DNA of 64,000 nt from Desulfuromonadales bacterium (GCA_033549025.1 JAWSUS010000005.1:95597-159596); one strand, 5' to 3'. Positions 9,863 to 21,174 are shown, numbered from the stretch's first letter. Notes: generated from the letters alone by a model not told the origin. Numbers and translations are program-made.

Positions 9863-11134
9863 ATGAAAATCCTGGTCGTTGGTGGTGGTGGGCGCGAACA
9901 TGCCCTGATCTGGAAAATCGCCCAGTCACCCCTGGTGGAGAAAATCTATTGCGCGCCGGGTAATCCCGGTATCGCCGCTCTGGCGGAATGTGTCGACATT
10001 TCCGCGGATAAGGTCGCCGCTCTCTGCGACTTCGCCCTGGATCAGGGGATTGATCTCACTGTGGTCGGGCCGGAAGTGCCGCTGACGCTGGGCATTGTCG
10101 ATCTCTTCGAAGCCGCCGGGCTGCCGATCTTCGGCCCGAGCCGGGCTGCTGCCCAGTTGGAAGGCAGCAAGAGCTTCTCCAAGGATCTCATGGCCAAATA
10201 CCGCATCCCCACGGCCGCTTACGCCACCTTTACCGACCGGGATGAGGCGGTCGCCTATATCCGCGAGCAGGGTGCGCCCATCGTGGTCAAGGCCGATGGA
10301 CTGGCGGCTGGAAAAGGGGTGGTCGTCGCCGCCACGGTCGAGGAGGCCGTCGCCGCCGTCGATGACATCATGCTGGATAAGGTTTTTGGTGCCGCTGGCG
10401 CCCGTGTCGTGGTCGAGGAATTCATGGACGGCGAGGAAGCGTCCTTCTTTGCCTTCACCGATGGCCAGAATATTCTGCCCTTGGCTTCGTCGCAGGATCA
10501 CAAGCGGATTTTCGATAATGACGAGGGCCCCAATACCGGCGGCATGGGAGCCTATTCCCCGGCGCCGGTGGTGACGGAAGCTCTGTACGGAGAGATCGTC
10601 GAGGCAATCGTGCGGCCGACTATCGCCGCCATGGCCAGCGAAGGGACTCCCTATCGCGGTATCCTCTATGTCGGTCTGATGATCAAAAACGGCAAGGCGC
10701 GGGTGGTCGAGTACAATGCACGATTTGGTGATCCCGAGGCGCAGCCGCTGCTGATGCGCATGAAGTCGGACATCGTGCCGGTGCTGGAGGCCTGCGCCCG
10801 GCGCGAATTGACCCAGGATAGGATCGAGTGGCACGAAAAGTCGGCTGTCTGCGTCGTCATGGCCTCCGGCGGCTACCCGGGCGACATCGACAAGGGTCAC
10901 GAAATTCACGGGCTTGAAGAGGCCGGCCGTCTGGACGATCTAGTGGTTTTTCACGCCGGGACCGCGTTGGCCGCCGGCAAGATTGTCAATGCGGGGGGGC
11001 GCGTCCTCGGCGTTACTGGGCTCGGAACCACCGTTGCCGACGCCATCGCCAAAGCCTACGAGGGAGTGCGTCTCATCCACTGGGAAGGTTCCCAATTCCG
11101 CAATGATATCGGGCGAAAAGCCCTGAACCGCTGA
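9863..11134 (+). CDS. purD: Phosphoribosylamine-glycine ligase
   Basis: MKILVVGGGGREHA, KADGLAAGKGV, GPNTGGMGAY, EYNARFGDPE. Confidence 0.97.
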   Translation: MKILVVGGGGREHALIWKIAQSPLVEKIYCAPGNPGIAALAECVDISADKVAALCDFALDQGIDLTVVGPEVPLTLGIVDLFEAAGLPIFGPSRAAAQLEGSKSFSKDLMAKYRIPTAAYATFTDRDEAVAYIREQGAPIVVKADGLAAGKGVVVAATVEEAVAAVDDIMLDKVFGAAGARVVVEEFMDGEEASFFAFTDGQNILPLASSQDHKRIFDNDEGPNTGGMGAYSPAPVVTEALYGEIVEAIVRPTIAAMASEGTPYRGILYVGLMIKNGKARVVEYNARFGDPEAQPLLMRMKSDIVPVLEACARRELTQDRIEWHEKSAVCVVMASGGYPGDIDKGHEIHGLEEAGRLDDLVVFHAGTALAAGKIVNAGGRVLGVTGLGTTVADAIAKAYEGVRLIHWEGSQFRNDIGRKALNR

Positions 11135-11436
11135 AGCGTGGTATCCCGCATTTTTGTGACCGCACCTGAACGGTACGGGTTCCGCTATATGAACATTGAC
11201 AATCATTAGATGACTGGATTAGTCTTTATCTCACGTGAAAAGACGGGGAGAGTACGGGATTTAGCCAAGCGGCAGGCCAGATGCCGTAGGGCTTTGACCG
11301 GGGATAATCCTGGAACAGGGCTTTATTGACTGTTTTTGTGTGCTTTGTGGCCTTCGGCACTTTTCTTGCGTGACGGAGAAGTTTTAATCCACCCGGCAAA
11401 GGCCACTCTATCGATCCAGAACTCTATCCAGGAGAC

Positions 11437-12804
11437 ATGATTTTGACCGCAAAAGAAAAAAGCTTCCTGACGTCAGTGTGGGACTTCCTCTGCTCCCTGA
11501 AGTTGACTATCATCATTCTGATCCTGTTGGCCGTGACGTCCATTATTGGCACGGTGGTCCAGCAGAACCTCTCTCCCCAGGAATATCTGCAGATCTATAC
11601 GGAGAAGACCTACAAGCTCCTCGACTCCCTGCAGTTTTTCGACATGTACCATTCCTGGTGGTTTCTGTCCTTGCTCGGACTCTTCTCTCTCAACCTGATA
11701 TGCTGCTCCATCAAGCGCTTTCCCCGGGTGTGGAACACGGTCATGCATCCCCAGCTCAAGGGGGATGAATCCCTTTTCCGCACGCTGTCCAACGCCGACG
11801 AAGTCGTGGTTGGCGGAACGATGGACGAGGCGGCCGGGCGTCTGCGCAGTTTTGTGCAGAAACATTTTGCCGGTGCCGTGGAGACCCGCGAGGACGATCG
11901 CATTTACCTTTTTGCCCAGAAGGGGCCCTATGCCCGGTTTGGCGTCTATGTGACCCACCTCTCCATCCTCATTATTTTTATCGGGGCGATTATCGGCAAT
12001 ATCTGGGGCTACAAAGGCTACATGAATGTGGTGGAGGGGGGCTCTGCCGATACGGTTCGCTTGTTCGGCACCAATGAGGCGGTCAAGCTGCCCTTCGCCA
12101 TTCGCTGCGACCGCTTCGAGGTGTCCTTCTATGAAGGGGGCGGTCGGCCGAAAGAATACGTCAGCGACCTGGTCGTGCTCGACAACGGTCAGGACGTTCT
12201 GAGCAAGACCATTGAGGTCAACGATCCTCTCAGCTATCAGGGGATTACCTTCTATCAGTCGAGCTACGGTCCCGCCGGTGATCCGTCCTTTAAAGTGCGT
12301 GTTCGCACGCGCAGCACCGGCGAAGAGCAGGAAATCCTCGCTCGCCAGGGCGAGCATGTGGCTCTCCCCGGTGGCCGCTCTTTCGCCATCACCGCCTCGA
12401 CCCCTTCCTATGATCGTTTTGGACCGGCAATCCAGATGCACGTCAATTCGGCGGACGGCCAGCATGGCAACCCATTTGTTGTGCTGCAGAACTTTCCCGA
12501 CTTTGATGCCCAGCGCGGCGATGAATTTATCTTCAGTCTGCTCCAGATCAATCAATCTTATTACACGGGCCTGCAGGTCGGCAAGGATCCCGGCGTCTGG
12601 GTGGTCTGGCTCGGTTGTTTCCTGATGATCTTCGGTTCGCTGGCGGCCTTTTTTATTTCCCATCGGCGCATCTGGGTGACCCTGCAGCCAGTCGATGGTA
12701 AGATAGGTGTTCGGATCGGTGGCTCAGCCCACCGCAATCAGCCCGCTTTCGAACTGTTCTTCGATGATTTCAAAGCGAAACTCAAAGACGAACTTAAAGG
12801 CTAA
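11437..12804 (+). CDS. resB: Cytochrome c biogenesis protein ResB/Ccs1 (System II)
   Basis: SLKL..IIGTVVQQ, DMYHSWWF, VTHLSILII, VNDPL..GITFYQSSY, TGLQV.KDPG. Confidence 0.9.
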   Translation: MILTAKEKSFLTSVWDFLCSLKLTIIILILLAVTSIIGTVVQQNLSPQEYLQIYTEKTYKLLDSLQFFDMYHSWWFLSLLGLFSLNLICCSIKRFPRVWNTVMHPQLKGDESLFRTLSNADEVVVGGTMDEAAGRLRSFVQKHFAGAVETREDDRIYLFAQKGPYARFGVYVTHLSILIIFIGAIIGNIWGYKGYMNVVEGGSADTVRLFGTNEAVKLPFAIRCDRFEVSFYEGGGRPKEYVSDLVVLDNGQDVLSKTIEVNDPLSYQGITFYQSSYGPAGDPSFKVRVRTRSTGEEQEILARQGEHVALPGGRSFAITASTPSYDRFGPAIQMHVNSADGQHGNPFVVLQNFPDFDAQRGDEFIFSLLQINQSYYTGLQVGKDPGVWVVWLGCFLMIFGSLAAFFISHRRIWVTLQPVDGKIGVRIGGSAHRNQPAFELFFDDFKAKLKDELKG

Positions 12805-12834
12805 TCTTCAGACCTCTATGGGGGAAAAGAAAAG

Positions 12835-13695
12835 ATGACCAGTACACAACTGTTCAATGCTGTAACTGTGGCCTACTTCGCCTCGATGGTTCTGTTCGTG
12901 GTCTATTTGGCCACCCGGAGCAAGGCCATCGCCCTCGGCGGCAATATCCTGGCGTATGTCGGCTTTCTGGCCCATACCGCGGCTATCGGCGTGCGCTGGA
13001 ACGAGACGTACAAATTGCTGGGGGCCGATGGTTATGCGCCCCTGTCCAACCTCTATGAGTCCGTGGTCTTTTTTTCCTGGACCATCGTGCTGATCTACAT
13101 CCTGATGGATCTCAAGTACCGCCAGCGCTCCATCGGCGCTTTTGTCCTCCCCTTCGCCTTTTTGTCCATGACCTGGGCTCAGCTGCGACTCAACGACGCG
13201 ATCGAGCCCCTGGTTCCGGCCTTGCAGAGCAACTGGCTGACCTACCACGTCATCACCTGCTTTCTCGGCTACGCGGCCTTTGCGGTGGCCTGCGGCGTTT
13301 CCATCATGTATCTGATCAAGGCCGGGCGTGAAGAGAAGAGCCCGGAGGATTCTCCTGCCGGTGGGATTCTCGGACTGTTCCCCAGCACCAAGGTGTTGGA
13401 TGATATGAACTACAAAGCCATCATGATCGGTTTTCCGCTGCTGACCCTTGGTATTGTCACCGGTGCCGCCTGGGCCAACTATGCCTGGGGAACCTACTGG
13501 AGCTGGGACCCCAAGGAGACCTGGAGCCTGATCGTCTGGTTCATCTATGCGGCCTTTCTGCATGCCCGCTTTACGCGGGGCTGGGTTGGCAAGCGGGCGG
13601 CCTGGCTTTCCATTATCGGTTTCGCCGCCACCCTGTTCTGCTACCTTGGTGTTAACCTGGTACTCTCCGGCCTTCACTCTTACGGCGGGGCCTGA
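12835..13695 (+). CDS. ccsA: Cytochrome c biogenesis protein CcsA/ResC
   Basis: LVPALQSNWL..H, WWD motif WGTYWSWDPKETW, GLHSY. Confidence 0.93.
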   Translation: MTSTQLFNAVTVAYFASMVLFVVYLATRSKAIALGGNILAYVGFLAHTAAIGVRWNETYKLLGADGYAPLSNLYESVVFFSWTIVLIYILMDLKYRQRSIGAFVLPFAFLSMTWAQLRLNDAIEPLVPALQSNWLTYHVITCFLGYAAFAVACGVSIMYLIKAGREEKSPEDSPAGGILGLFPSTKVLDDMNYKAIMIGFPLLTLGIVTGAAWANYAWGTYWSWDPKETWSLIVWFIYAAFLHARFTRGWVGKRAAWLSIIGFAATLFCYLGVNLVLSGLHSYGGA

Positions 13696-13727
13696 TCCGG
13701 GGGCTTGAAGCTTCCGTTACAAACAGG

Positions 13728-13761
13728 TAGGGGACGGTGAACAGACCGTCCCCTATTTTTT
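13728..13761 (+). terminator. Intrinsic terminator after ccsA
   Basis: taggggacggt-gaacag-accgtccccta followed by T-run. Confidence 0.75.
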
Positions 13762-13796
13762 CGGCCGGCAGGCGGCGTGGCTGCCATTTAAGGACT

Positions 13797-14558
13797 ATGG
13801 ACACGGAACTCTGGCTAAAAGACGACGAGACCCTGGACGATCTGGGCCCGGGGTTGAAGATCCTGCAGGGGAAGACAGGCTATCGCTTCTCTCTTGACCC
13901 GGTTCTGCTCTGCAGTTTTGCCCGAATTCGTCCGCAGGATCGGGTTTTGGACCTAGGAACGGGGGCGGGCATCATTCCTCTGCTGCTGGCCAGTCGCCAC
14001 GCATCGATCCGGGTCGTGGGGGTCGAGCGCCAGGAAGAACTGGCAGATAGAGCCCGTCGAAGCGCCCAGCTGAACCGATTGGATGAGAGAATCGAAATAG
14101 TGTGCGGAGACATGCGTGTCCCGGAGGTGCTGAGTCGATATGCGCCCTTTGCGGCCGTCTTGTCCAATCCGCCTTATCGTCCCGCCGGGACGGGGCGGCT
14201 GTCCCCCGGTTCGGAAAGAGCGGCGGCCCGTCATGAGCTGGCTGGTGGTCTGGATGACTTTGTGGGTACGGCGGCCCGATGTCTGGATGACGGTGGTCGC
14301 TTTTTTGTCATCCATCTGGCTGAGCGTCTGACCGATCTTTTGTGCGCCATGCGTCTGGAAAAGCTTGAGCCTAAGCGGCTCCGGATCGTGCTGTCCCGTG
14401 CCGGAGAGGCGGCCCGCCTCGTGCTGGTGGAGGGGCGCAAGGGCGCAAAGCCCGGCCTGGTGGTGGAGGATCCGCTGGTTATCTACGATGGGGATGGGTA
14501 CAGTCGCGAGGTTTTGGCCATGTACGAGACGAGGACTTCGGTGTCGCCGCAGAGCTAG
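13797..14558 (+). CDS. tRNA1(Val) A37 N6-methyltransferase family
   Basis: GYRFSLDPVLL, LDLGTGAG, NPPY, ARHE. Confidence 0.82.
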   Translation: MDTELWLKDDETLDDLGPGLKILQGKTGYRFSLDPVLLCSFARIRPQDRVLDLGTGAGIIPLLLASRHASIRVVGVERQEELADRARRSAQLNRLDERIEIVCGDMRVPEVLSRYAPFAAVLSNPPYRPAGTGRLSPGSERAAARHELAGGLDDFVGTAARCLDDGGRFFVIHLAERLTDLLCAMRLEKLEPKRLRIVLSRAGEAARLVLVEGRKGAKPGLVVEDPLVIYDGDGYSREVLAMYETRTSVSPQS

Positions 14559-15061
14559 TCTGGCTTTTCACGCGCCCGCTGAAGTTTCTTCTGCTTGGTG
14601 AGAAGATCCTCCAGACTCCTCCTCACCTCCGGATCACTGATGGCCATGACAGTCTGGTGGATCTCCTGGCGATCCGCCTCCGTCAGCGAGGCCGATTGCC
14701 AGTCAATTTCTTCAGGTGCAGGGGGCGGCGCTTCCGGCGGTTTGTGGGCGCCTCGGCGCAGAAACAGGTCGTCGATCACTTCTTCCCCCAGCAACGCGTT
14801 GAGCTGGGTGAGGATTTTGGGTTTCAGTAGCTGCAGCTGCTGCATCCAGACAGGATGATCCACTCGCACCTCAAGGACGCCATCCCTGATGCGTATCGGT
14901 CGGGCCCGAGCCGCAATCTGTGGGCCGACGGCCTCTTCCCAGACGAGCCAGGCCTTGTATTCCCGTCTTTTTTCATCAAGGCCTCGTTGCTGGAAAATCT
15001 TTTCCAGCAGAGCGCCGACCAGCTGGATCTGGCTTTTGCCCGAAGAGGATTTACTGCTCAT
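14555..15061 (-). CDS. DUF721/DciA-family protein
   Basis: WEEAVGPQIA..ARP....GVLEV.V..PVWMQQL pattern. Confidence 0.75.
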   Translation of the reverse strand: MSSKSSSGKSQIQLVGALLEKIFQQRGLDEKRREYKAWLVWEEAVGPQIAARARPIRIRDGVLEVRVDHPVWMQQLQLLKPKILTQLNALLGEEVIDDLFLRRGAHKPPEAPPPAPEEIDWQSASLTEADRQEIHQTVMAISDPEVRRSLEDLLTKQKKLQRAREKPD

Positions 15062-15297
15062 GAGCGCTTCCGATGATATATCCTGCCCCCCAGAAGCTGT
15101 CCGGCGATGGCTGCAGCCAGCGTGAAAGGAATGATTTTCCAGCTGATATCCGAGGTCAGGCGCCAGGTGGCGATAAAGGGGATGGATAGATGGATGTAGA
15201 TAAACCAGCGCAGGGAGTACTTCCGGCAGCGCTGTCGCAGGTAGCCCAGGGGGAGATTGGCGAGAAGAGCGAAAGAAACCAGGCTGATGTGGTCCAT
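15058..15297 (-). CDS. Small hypothetical membrane protein
   Basis: NLPLGYLR...KYS..WFIYIHLSIP; hydrophobic; 4-bp overlap with DUF721 gene; start uncertain (15297 or 15315). Confidence 0.65.
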   Translation of the reverse strand: MDHISLVSFALLANLPLGYLRQRCRKYSLRWFIYIHLSIPFIATWRLTSDISWKIIPFTLAAAIAGQLLGGRIYHRKRS

Positions 15298-15463
15298 GCT
15301 AAGAGTGAAATTCAAGGCCGTTTCTTTCCCAGGGATGTTGGTAGAATGTGTACTTGTGGGAGTCTACCTGTTTTGTCGGAAGACTGTCAATCCATGAAGC
15401 GGCCAGTCTTGGCCGACCGCTTGGCTGTAGTTGTGGAAAATTCAATTCGAGGGAGTTGGTACC

Positions 15464-15727
15464 ATGGTTCGTAATGGCGATCTGGTGGCGGTATTTCATT
15501 CGGTCCACCGGGTCATGGAGGCCGAAAAAATTCTCAAGGCCGCTGGGGCGGATATTCTCCTGATTCCGGTTCCGCGTCAACTCAGTTCCGATTGTGGCCT
15601 GGCCATTCGGTACGCCAGCGCTGAACAAGCTGCGGTGACCGCTGTCTTGCGGGATAAGGGATTGCTGCCGGCCGAGCTTTATGTCCGCGAGGATGAGGGG
15701 TTTGTTCAGCTTTCGCTTGAAGCATAG
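15464..15727 (+). CDS. DUF3343-family protein
   Basis: FHSVHRVMEAEK...LIPVPRQLSSDCGLAI; RBS GAGGGAG. Confidence 0.75.
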   Translation: MVRNGDLVAVFHSVHRVMEAEKILKAAGADILLIPVPRQLSSDCGLAIRYASAEQAAVTAVLRDKGLLPAELYVREDEGFVQLSLEA

Positions 15728-15752
15728 GGATTTGGGGTTTTCAGGTTTTTGC

Positions 15753-15781
15753 TTGACAAGGGTAGGGGGTTTCCCTATATT
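15753..15781 (+). promoter_or_regulatory. Sigma-70 promoter of ffh
   Basis: TTGACA-17 bp-TATATT. Confidence 0.75.
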
Positions 15782-15825
15782 CCAAACTTTGCGAATCTTC
15801 AAAGGGAAAGTGTCTTTGGCACGCA

Positions 15826-17178
<1,353 letters not shown>

Positions 17179-17284
17179 AAACGATTGCATCTTTCCGGCT
17201 TCATGATAACAATGAGAGTGAACGTAAATCGATCAACCAACAGCTACGGAAAATCCGTATAGCAACACCCAGGAGGAACGTTAC

Positions 17285-17545
17285 ATGGCAGTTAAAATCA
17301 GGCTGGCCCGCGGTGGCGCCAAGAAAAAACCCTTTTATCAGGTCGTGGTTGCCGACGAGCGGTTTCCCCGCGACGGCCGTTTTGTAGAAAATCTGGGACA
17401 ATACGATCCCAAAATCGACCCGCCTATGGTCTCTTTGAACGAAGAGCGCACCCTTGAGTGGCTGAAAAAGGGGGCGCAGCCCACCGAAACAGTACGTCAG
17501 GTTCTGCGCAAGCAGGGCATCTGGGCCAAGTTCAAGCAGTCCTAG
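17285..17545 (+). CDS. rpsP: 30S ribosomal protein S16
   Basis: [32 protein letters not shown]. Confidence 0.97.
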   Translation: MAVKIRLARGGAKKKPFYQVVVADERFPRDGRFVENLGQYDPKIDPPMVSLNEERTLEWLKKGAQPTETVRQVLRKQGIWAKFKQS

Positions 17546-17605
17546 GAGACCCCGGTCTCCTCTCGTTGTGGCGGGAACCATCCCTTTCTTCGAAGGACGG
17601 ACTCC

Positions 17606-17839
17606 ATGAAAGAACTCATCGAATTCATCGCGAAATCCCTGGTGGAAAACCCTGACGCGGTCGTCATCTCCGAGGAGGAGGGTGAAGATGGGACGATTCT
17701 CGTCAAACTGGCAGCTGCTCAGGAAGACATGGGTCGAATAATAGGCAAGCAGGGGCGTACAGCCAAGGCCATGCGGACACTGCTGAACGCCAAGGCGACG
17801 CGGGAGAATCGGCGAGCCACTCTGCAAATCATGGAGTAA
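17606..17839 (+). CDS. khpA: KH-domain RNA-binding protein
   Basis: DMGRIIGKQGRTAKAMR; lies between rpsP and rimM. Confidence 0.9.
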   Translation: MKELIEFIAKSLVENPDAVVISEEEGEDGTILVKLAAAQEDMGRIIGKQGRTAKAMRTLLNAKATRENRRATLQIME

Positions 17840-18372
17840 TGCCGAAAATAGCCAAAGAGTTTCTGCTGGTAGGTGTTGTGGCCGGTACCCATGGGTTGCG
17901 CGGGGATTTGAAAGTGCGCCCATTGGCCGGCCTATGCCCGTTGGCAGCCAATAAACCTGTCTTTCTCCGATCTGCCGATCGCGAGCCAGAGGCATACACG
18001 CCTGTGCGCGTGGCTCCCCATAAGGGAGGCTACCTGCTCCGGTTGCAGGGCCTTGAACATATCGATTCCGTTCAGCAACTTGTTGGAGCCGAGGTGCTGA
18101 TGCGGCGGCAGGACGTCCCTGAGCCGGATCCCGATGAGTTTTACTGGGATGAGGTTCAGGGTTTTGCTGTTCGCGATCTGACTCTCGGCGAGCTCGGGAC
18201 GCTGGACGATACTTTTACAACGGCTGCTCACGATATCTTCGTGGTCAACGGTCCCTACGGGGAGGTTCTTATTCCGGTGGTCGAGGCCTTTTTGGTCGAG
18301 GTCGATACGGTGGCAGGGCTTATCGTCGTAGATTTGCCGGAAGGCTTGGTGCAAAAACCCGATGCGTTTTGA
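17839..18372 (+). CDS. rimM: Ribosome maturation factor
   Basis: GTHGLRGDLKV, DEFYW, EVLIP; synteny. Confidence 0.92.
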   Translation: MPKIAKEFLLVGVVAGTHGLRGDLKVRPLAGLCPLAANKPVFLRSADREPEAYTPVRVAPHKGGYLLRLQGLEHIDSVQQLVGAEVLMRRQDVPEPDPDEFYWDEVQGFAVRDLTLGELGTLDDTFTTAAHDIFVVNGPYGEVLIPVVEAFLVEVDTVAGLIVVDLPEGLVQKPDAF

Positions 18373-19105
18373 TGTCCTGACCCTCTTCCCGGTCATGTTT
18401 GAGTCTCCCTTTGCGGTCAGTATCCTGGGTAAAGCCCTTGAAAAGGGACTGATCCAACTTCATGCGCATAATCTGCGCGACTGGGCCGCGGGACGACACA
18501 AGGTGACGGATGACATGCCTTACGGGGGCGGCGCTGGCATGGTCATGAAGCCCGAACCGGTCTATGCCGCCATTCAGGATCTGCGTCAACAGTCTCCCGG
18601 GTCTCAAGTCGTCATGATGACCCCGCAGGGAAAAACTTTTGGCCAGGACGATGCGCGGGCTTTATCCGCGCAGTCCGGCCTGATTTTTGTCTGTGGGCGC
18701 TATGAGGGCTTTGACGAGCGTATCCGCAGCATGGTCGATGCCGAGTACTCCCTTGGAGACTTTGTCCTGACCGGGGGAGAGCTGCCTGCCATGGTCATGA
18801 TCGATGCGGTGGCTCGTTTGCTCCCGGGGGTTCTGGGGAGCAGCGGCAGTGCCGAAGGGGATTCCTACGCTGACGGCCTGCTGGAATTTCCTCACTATAC
18901 CCGCCCGGCCGATTTCCACGGCATGCGGGTGCCTGAGGTACTGTTGTCAGGCAACCATGAGGCTATTGCCCGCTGGCGGCGCCACCAGCAACTGCAGCGG
19001 ACCCTGGTTCGCCGACCCGATCTGTTGGAGTCGGCACCGCTCAGTGCTGAAGATGTGGCGTTGCTCGATTCTATTCGCCGGGAACTGGCGGAGGAAACAG
19101 TATGA
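18362..19105 (+). CDS. trmD: tRNA (guanine37-N1)-methyltransferase
   Basis: DDMPYGGGAGMVM, CGRYEGFDER, SLGDFVLTGGE, HYTRP. Confidence 0.97.
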   Translation: MRFDVLTLFPVMFESPFAVSILGKALEKGLIQLHAHNLRDWAAGRHKVTDDMPYGGGAGMVMKPEPVYAAIQDLRQQSPGSQVVMMTPQGKTFGQDDARALSAQSGLIFVCGRYEGFDERIRSMVDAEYSLGDFVLTGGELPAMVMIDAVARLLPGVLGSSGSAEGDSYADGLLEFPHYTRPADFHGMRVPEVLLSGNHEAIARWRRHQQLQRTLVRRPDLLESAPLSAEDVALLDSIRRELAEETV

Positions 19106-19665
19106 AGCGGCTTCCCTTTGCCGTGGCTCTGGTTCATCATCCCGTGGTGGATCGTCGGGGAGACCTGGTCACTACGGCCGTGACCAATCTTGATGTCCAC
19201 GACATCGCCAGAACGGCCAGGACCTACGGGGTTGACCGCTTCTATCTCGTGACTCCCGTTCAGGATCAGTTGACCCTGATCCAACGTATCCTTGATCACT
19301 GGCGGCAAGGGCATGGGGCCGAATACAACCCCCATCGGGGCGATGCCCTCGGTCTGGTTCGGGTGGCCACCTCCCTGCAGGATGCCTTGGCCGACTGGGG
19401 TCAAGAAGTAGGCGGGGAGCCTCTGCCGGTGTTGACCGGGGCGAAAGCCCGCGACGGTATCAGCTACGACGCCTGCCGAGAGCTCGTAAAAACGCGGCAT
19501 CTTATGCTCGTGCTGGGAACCGGCTGGGGCCTGGCCCCTTCGCTCTTTGCGAACGGCTGGCCCGTTCTGGAGCCCATCCGCGGGAGCGGCGATTACAATC
19601 ATCTGCCCGTGCGGGCGGCAGCGGCCATTATGTTCGACCGGCTCTTGGCCGCCGTTGAAAAATAG
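19102..19665 (+). CDS. SPOUT-family RNA methyltransferase (DUF2168-like)
   Basis: VTNLDVHDIAR..RTYG, LGTGWGL, YNHL.VR.AAAI..DRL. Confidence 0.8.
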   Translation: MKRLPFAVALVHHPVVDRRGDLVTTAVTNLDVHDIARTARTYGVDRFYLVTPVQDQLTLIQRILDHWRQGHGAEYNPHRGDALGLVRVATSLQDALADWGQEVGGEPLPVLTGAKARDGISYDACRELVKTRHLMLVLGTGWGLAPSLFANGWPVLEPIRGSGDYNHLPVRAAAAIMFDRLLAAVEK

Positions 19666-19797
19666 GCCGTGTGTAAAAATATCATTGCGGTATTCAGCCG
19701 TTTTGCAGTATAAACATGAATCCTCCGGGTCCTCTTCCTGCAAAAATACTTTGCCTTTCAGGAATGAACCGGATCAGCGGATGTAGAGGAGGAAAAG

Positions 19798-20151
19798 ATG
19801 AACATTATCGATCAACTGGCAATGGAACAGATGCGGAAAAACATCCCGGCTTTCAAGGCGGGTGACACCCTGCGCGTGCATGTGAAGATTGTTGAAGGCG
19901 ACAAACAGCGCATCCAGGTTTACCAGGGGGTATGCATCAAGCGGGTGAACCGCGGTATCGGGTCGACTTTTACGGTTCGCAAGATCTCCAATGGCGTTGG
20001 GGTTGAGAGGGTATTTTCCCTGCACTCCCCGACGGTCGACAAGATCGAGAACATGATGGTCGGCCGCGTTCGTCGGGCCAAGCTGTACTACCTGCGCAAC
20101 CTGCAGGGCAAGGCAGCGCGTATTCGCGAAAAGCGGGCCGCTCAAGCGTAA
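19798..20151 (+). CDS. rplS: 50S ribosomal protein L19
   Basis: [33 protein letters not shown]. Confidence 0.97.
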   Translation: MNIIDQLAMEQMRKNIPAFKAGDTLRVHVKIVEGDKQRIQVYQGVCIKRVNRGIGSTFTVRKISNGVGVERVFSLHSPTVDKIENMMVGRVRRAKLYYLRNLQGKAARIREKRAAQA

Positions 20152-20154
20152 GAC

Positions 20155-20190
20155 AAAAAAAGCCCCGGCCACAAGCCGGGGCTTTTTTTT
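20155..20190. terminator. Bidirectional intrinsic terminator
   Basis: aaaaaaagccccggc-cacaa-gccggggctttttttt. Confidence 0.88.
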
Positions 20191-20238
20191 CGACAAACAG
20201 CCGCTGTGAAAATCAGATATCCTACGCGGTCTGAAATC

Positions 20239-20427
20239 TTAGTGATGAACTCCGGGAACCGTGCCGGTCGAGTGGGAGGTCAGCTGTACATAGATGAGCA
20301 CGGTAAGAACGCCGTAAAGAGCGACCGTTGCCCAGCCCCCCAGGCGAAAAACTTCCATGAATCCCTTCCAGTCCACCAGAAAAGCCAAATACCCCACAAC
20401 TGCCAGGCCGATGAAAATAGCTGCCAT
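20239..20427 (-). CDS. Hypothetical 62-aa two-TM membrane protein
   Basis: RBS AAGGAGA before ATG; two hydrophobic stretches; ends at the shared terminator. Confidence 0.65.
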   Translation of the reverse strand: MAAIFIGLAVVGYLAFLVDWKGFMEVFRLGGWATVALYGVLTVLIYVQLTSHSTGTVPGVHH

Positions 20428-20532
20428 GAAATTTCTCCTTCGATTCATTAGAGTTATGCATGCAAATATTGTATATTGTATACCAAGCTCGGGGACAAAA
20501 TTAAAGGGAAAATTTACCATGGCGGCGTGCCC

Positions 20533-21174
20533 ATGACATTGAAGTTGTTTGCCGAGGAGACTCTGTCGCCTCTACACTTTGAGAAGCAGGCCGTGAATAA
20601 CGGCTATGAGGCTGTTGCCGGCATTGATGAAGCCGGCAGGGGACCCCTGGCTGGGCCGGTGGTGGCTGCGGCTGTCATTCTGCCGCCAGTTCATGATCTG
20701 CCTGGCCTGACCGACTCCAAGAAGCTCTCGGCCCGAAAGCGGGACGAGCTCTTTCCCCTGATTCGCCGGCAGGCCCAAGCCATCGGGGTGGGCATTGTGC
20801 ATGCTGAAGAGATTGATGCGATCGATATTCTCAGGGCGACCCTTCGGGCCATGTCCCTGGCCGTCAGCCGCCTCCGTTTGCCGGCCGATTATTTGTTGAT
20901 CGACGGGATTACTCCTTTGCCAGAGCCGATTCCCCAGTTGACCTTGAAGAAGGGGGATAGCCGTTCCCTTTCCATTTCCGCCGCCTCCGTGGTGGCCAAA
21001 GTGGTCAGGGACAGGATGATGATCGCTTATGATCGTCGTTTCCCCGGGTATGGATTCGCCGGTCACAAGGGCTATGGCAGCGCCGCCCACATGGAAACCA
21101 TTGCCCTCCTCGGCCCCTGTCCTATTCATCGGCGCACCTTTGCCGGTGTGCGCGAGCATGTGGTCGGCATATGA
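20533..21174 (+). CDS. rnhB: Ribonuclease HII
   Basis: AGIDEAGRGPLAGPV, DSKKL, KGD, AASVVAKV.RD, HKGY. Confidence 0.96.
   Translation: MTLKLFAEETLSPLHFEKQAVNNGYEAVAGIDEAGRGPLAGPVVAAAVILPPVHDLPGLTDSKKLSARKRDELFPLIRRQAQAIGVGIVHAEEIDAIDILRATLRAMSLAVSRLRLPADYLLIDGITPLPEPIPQLTLKKGDSRSLSISAASVVAKVVRDRMMIAYDRRFPGYGFAGHKGYGSAAHMETIALLGPCPIHRRTFAGVREHVVGI

Noticed and set aside
11230..11420. c-di-GMP-I/GEMM riboswitch upstream of resB
   Set aside because: It lacks the GGCAAAC...GAAA...GCAAA architecture; kept only as an unclassified structured leader.
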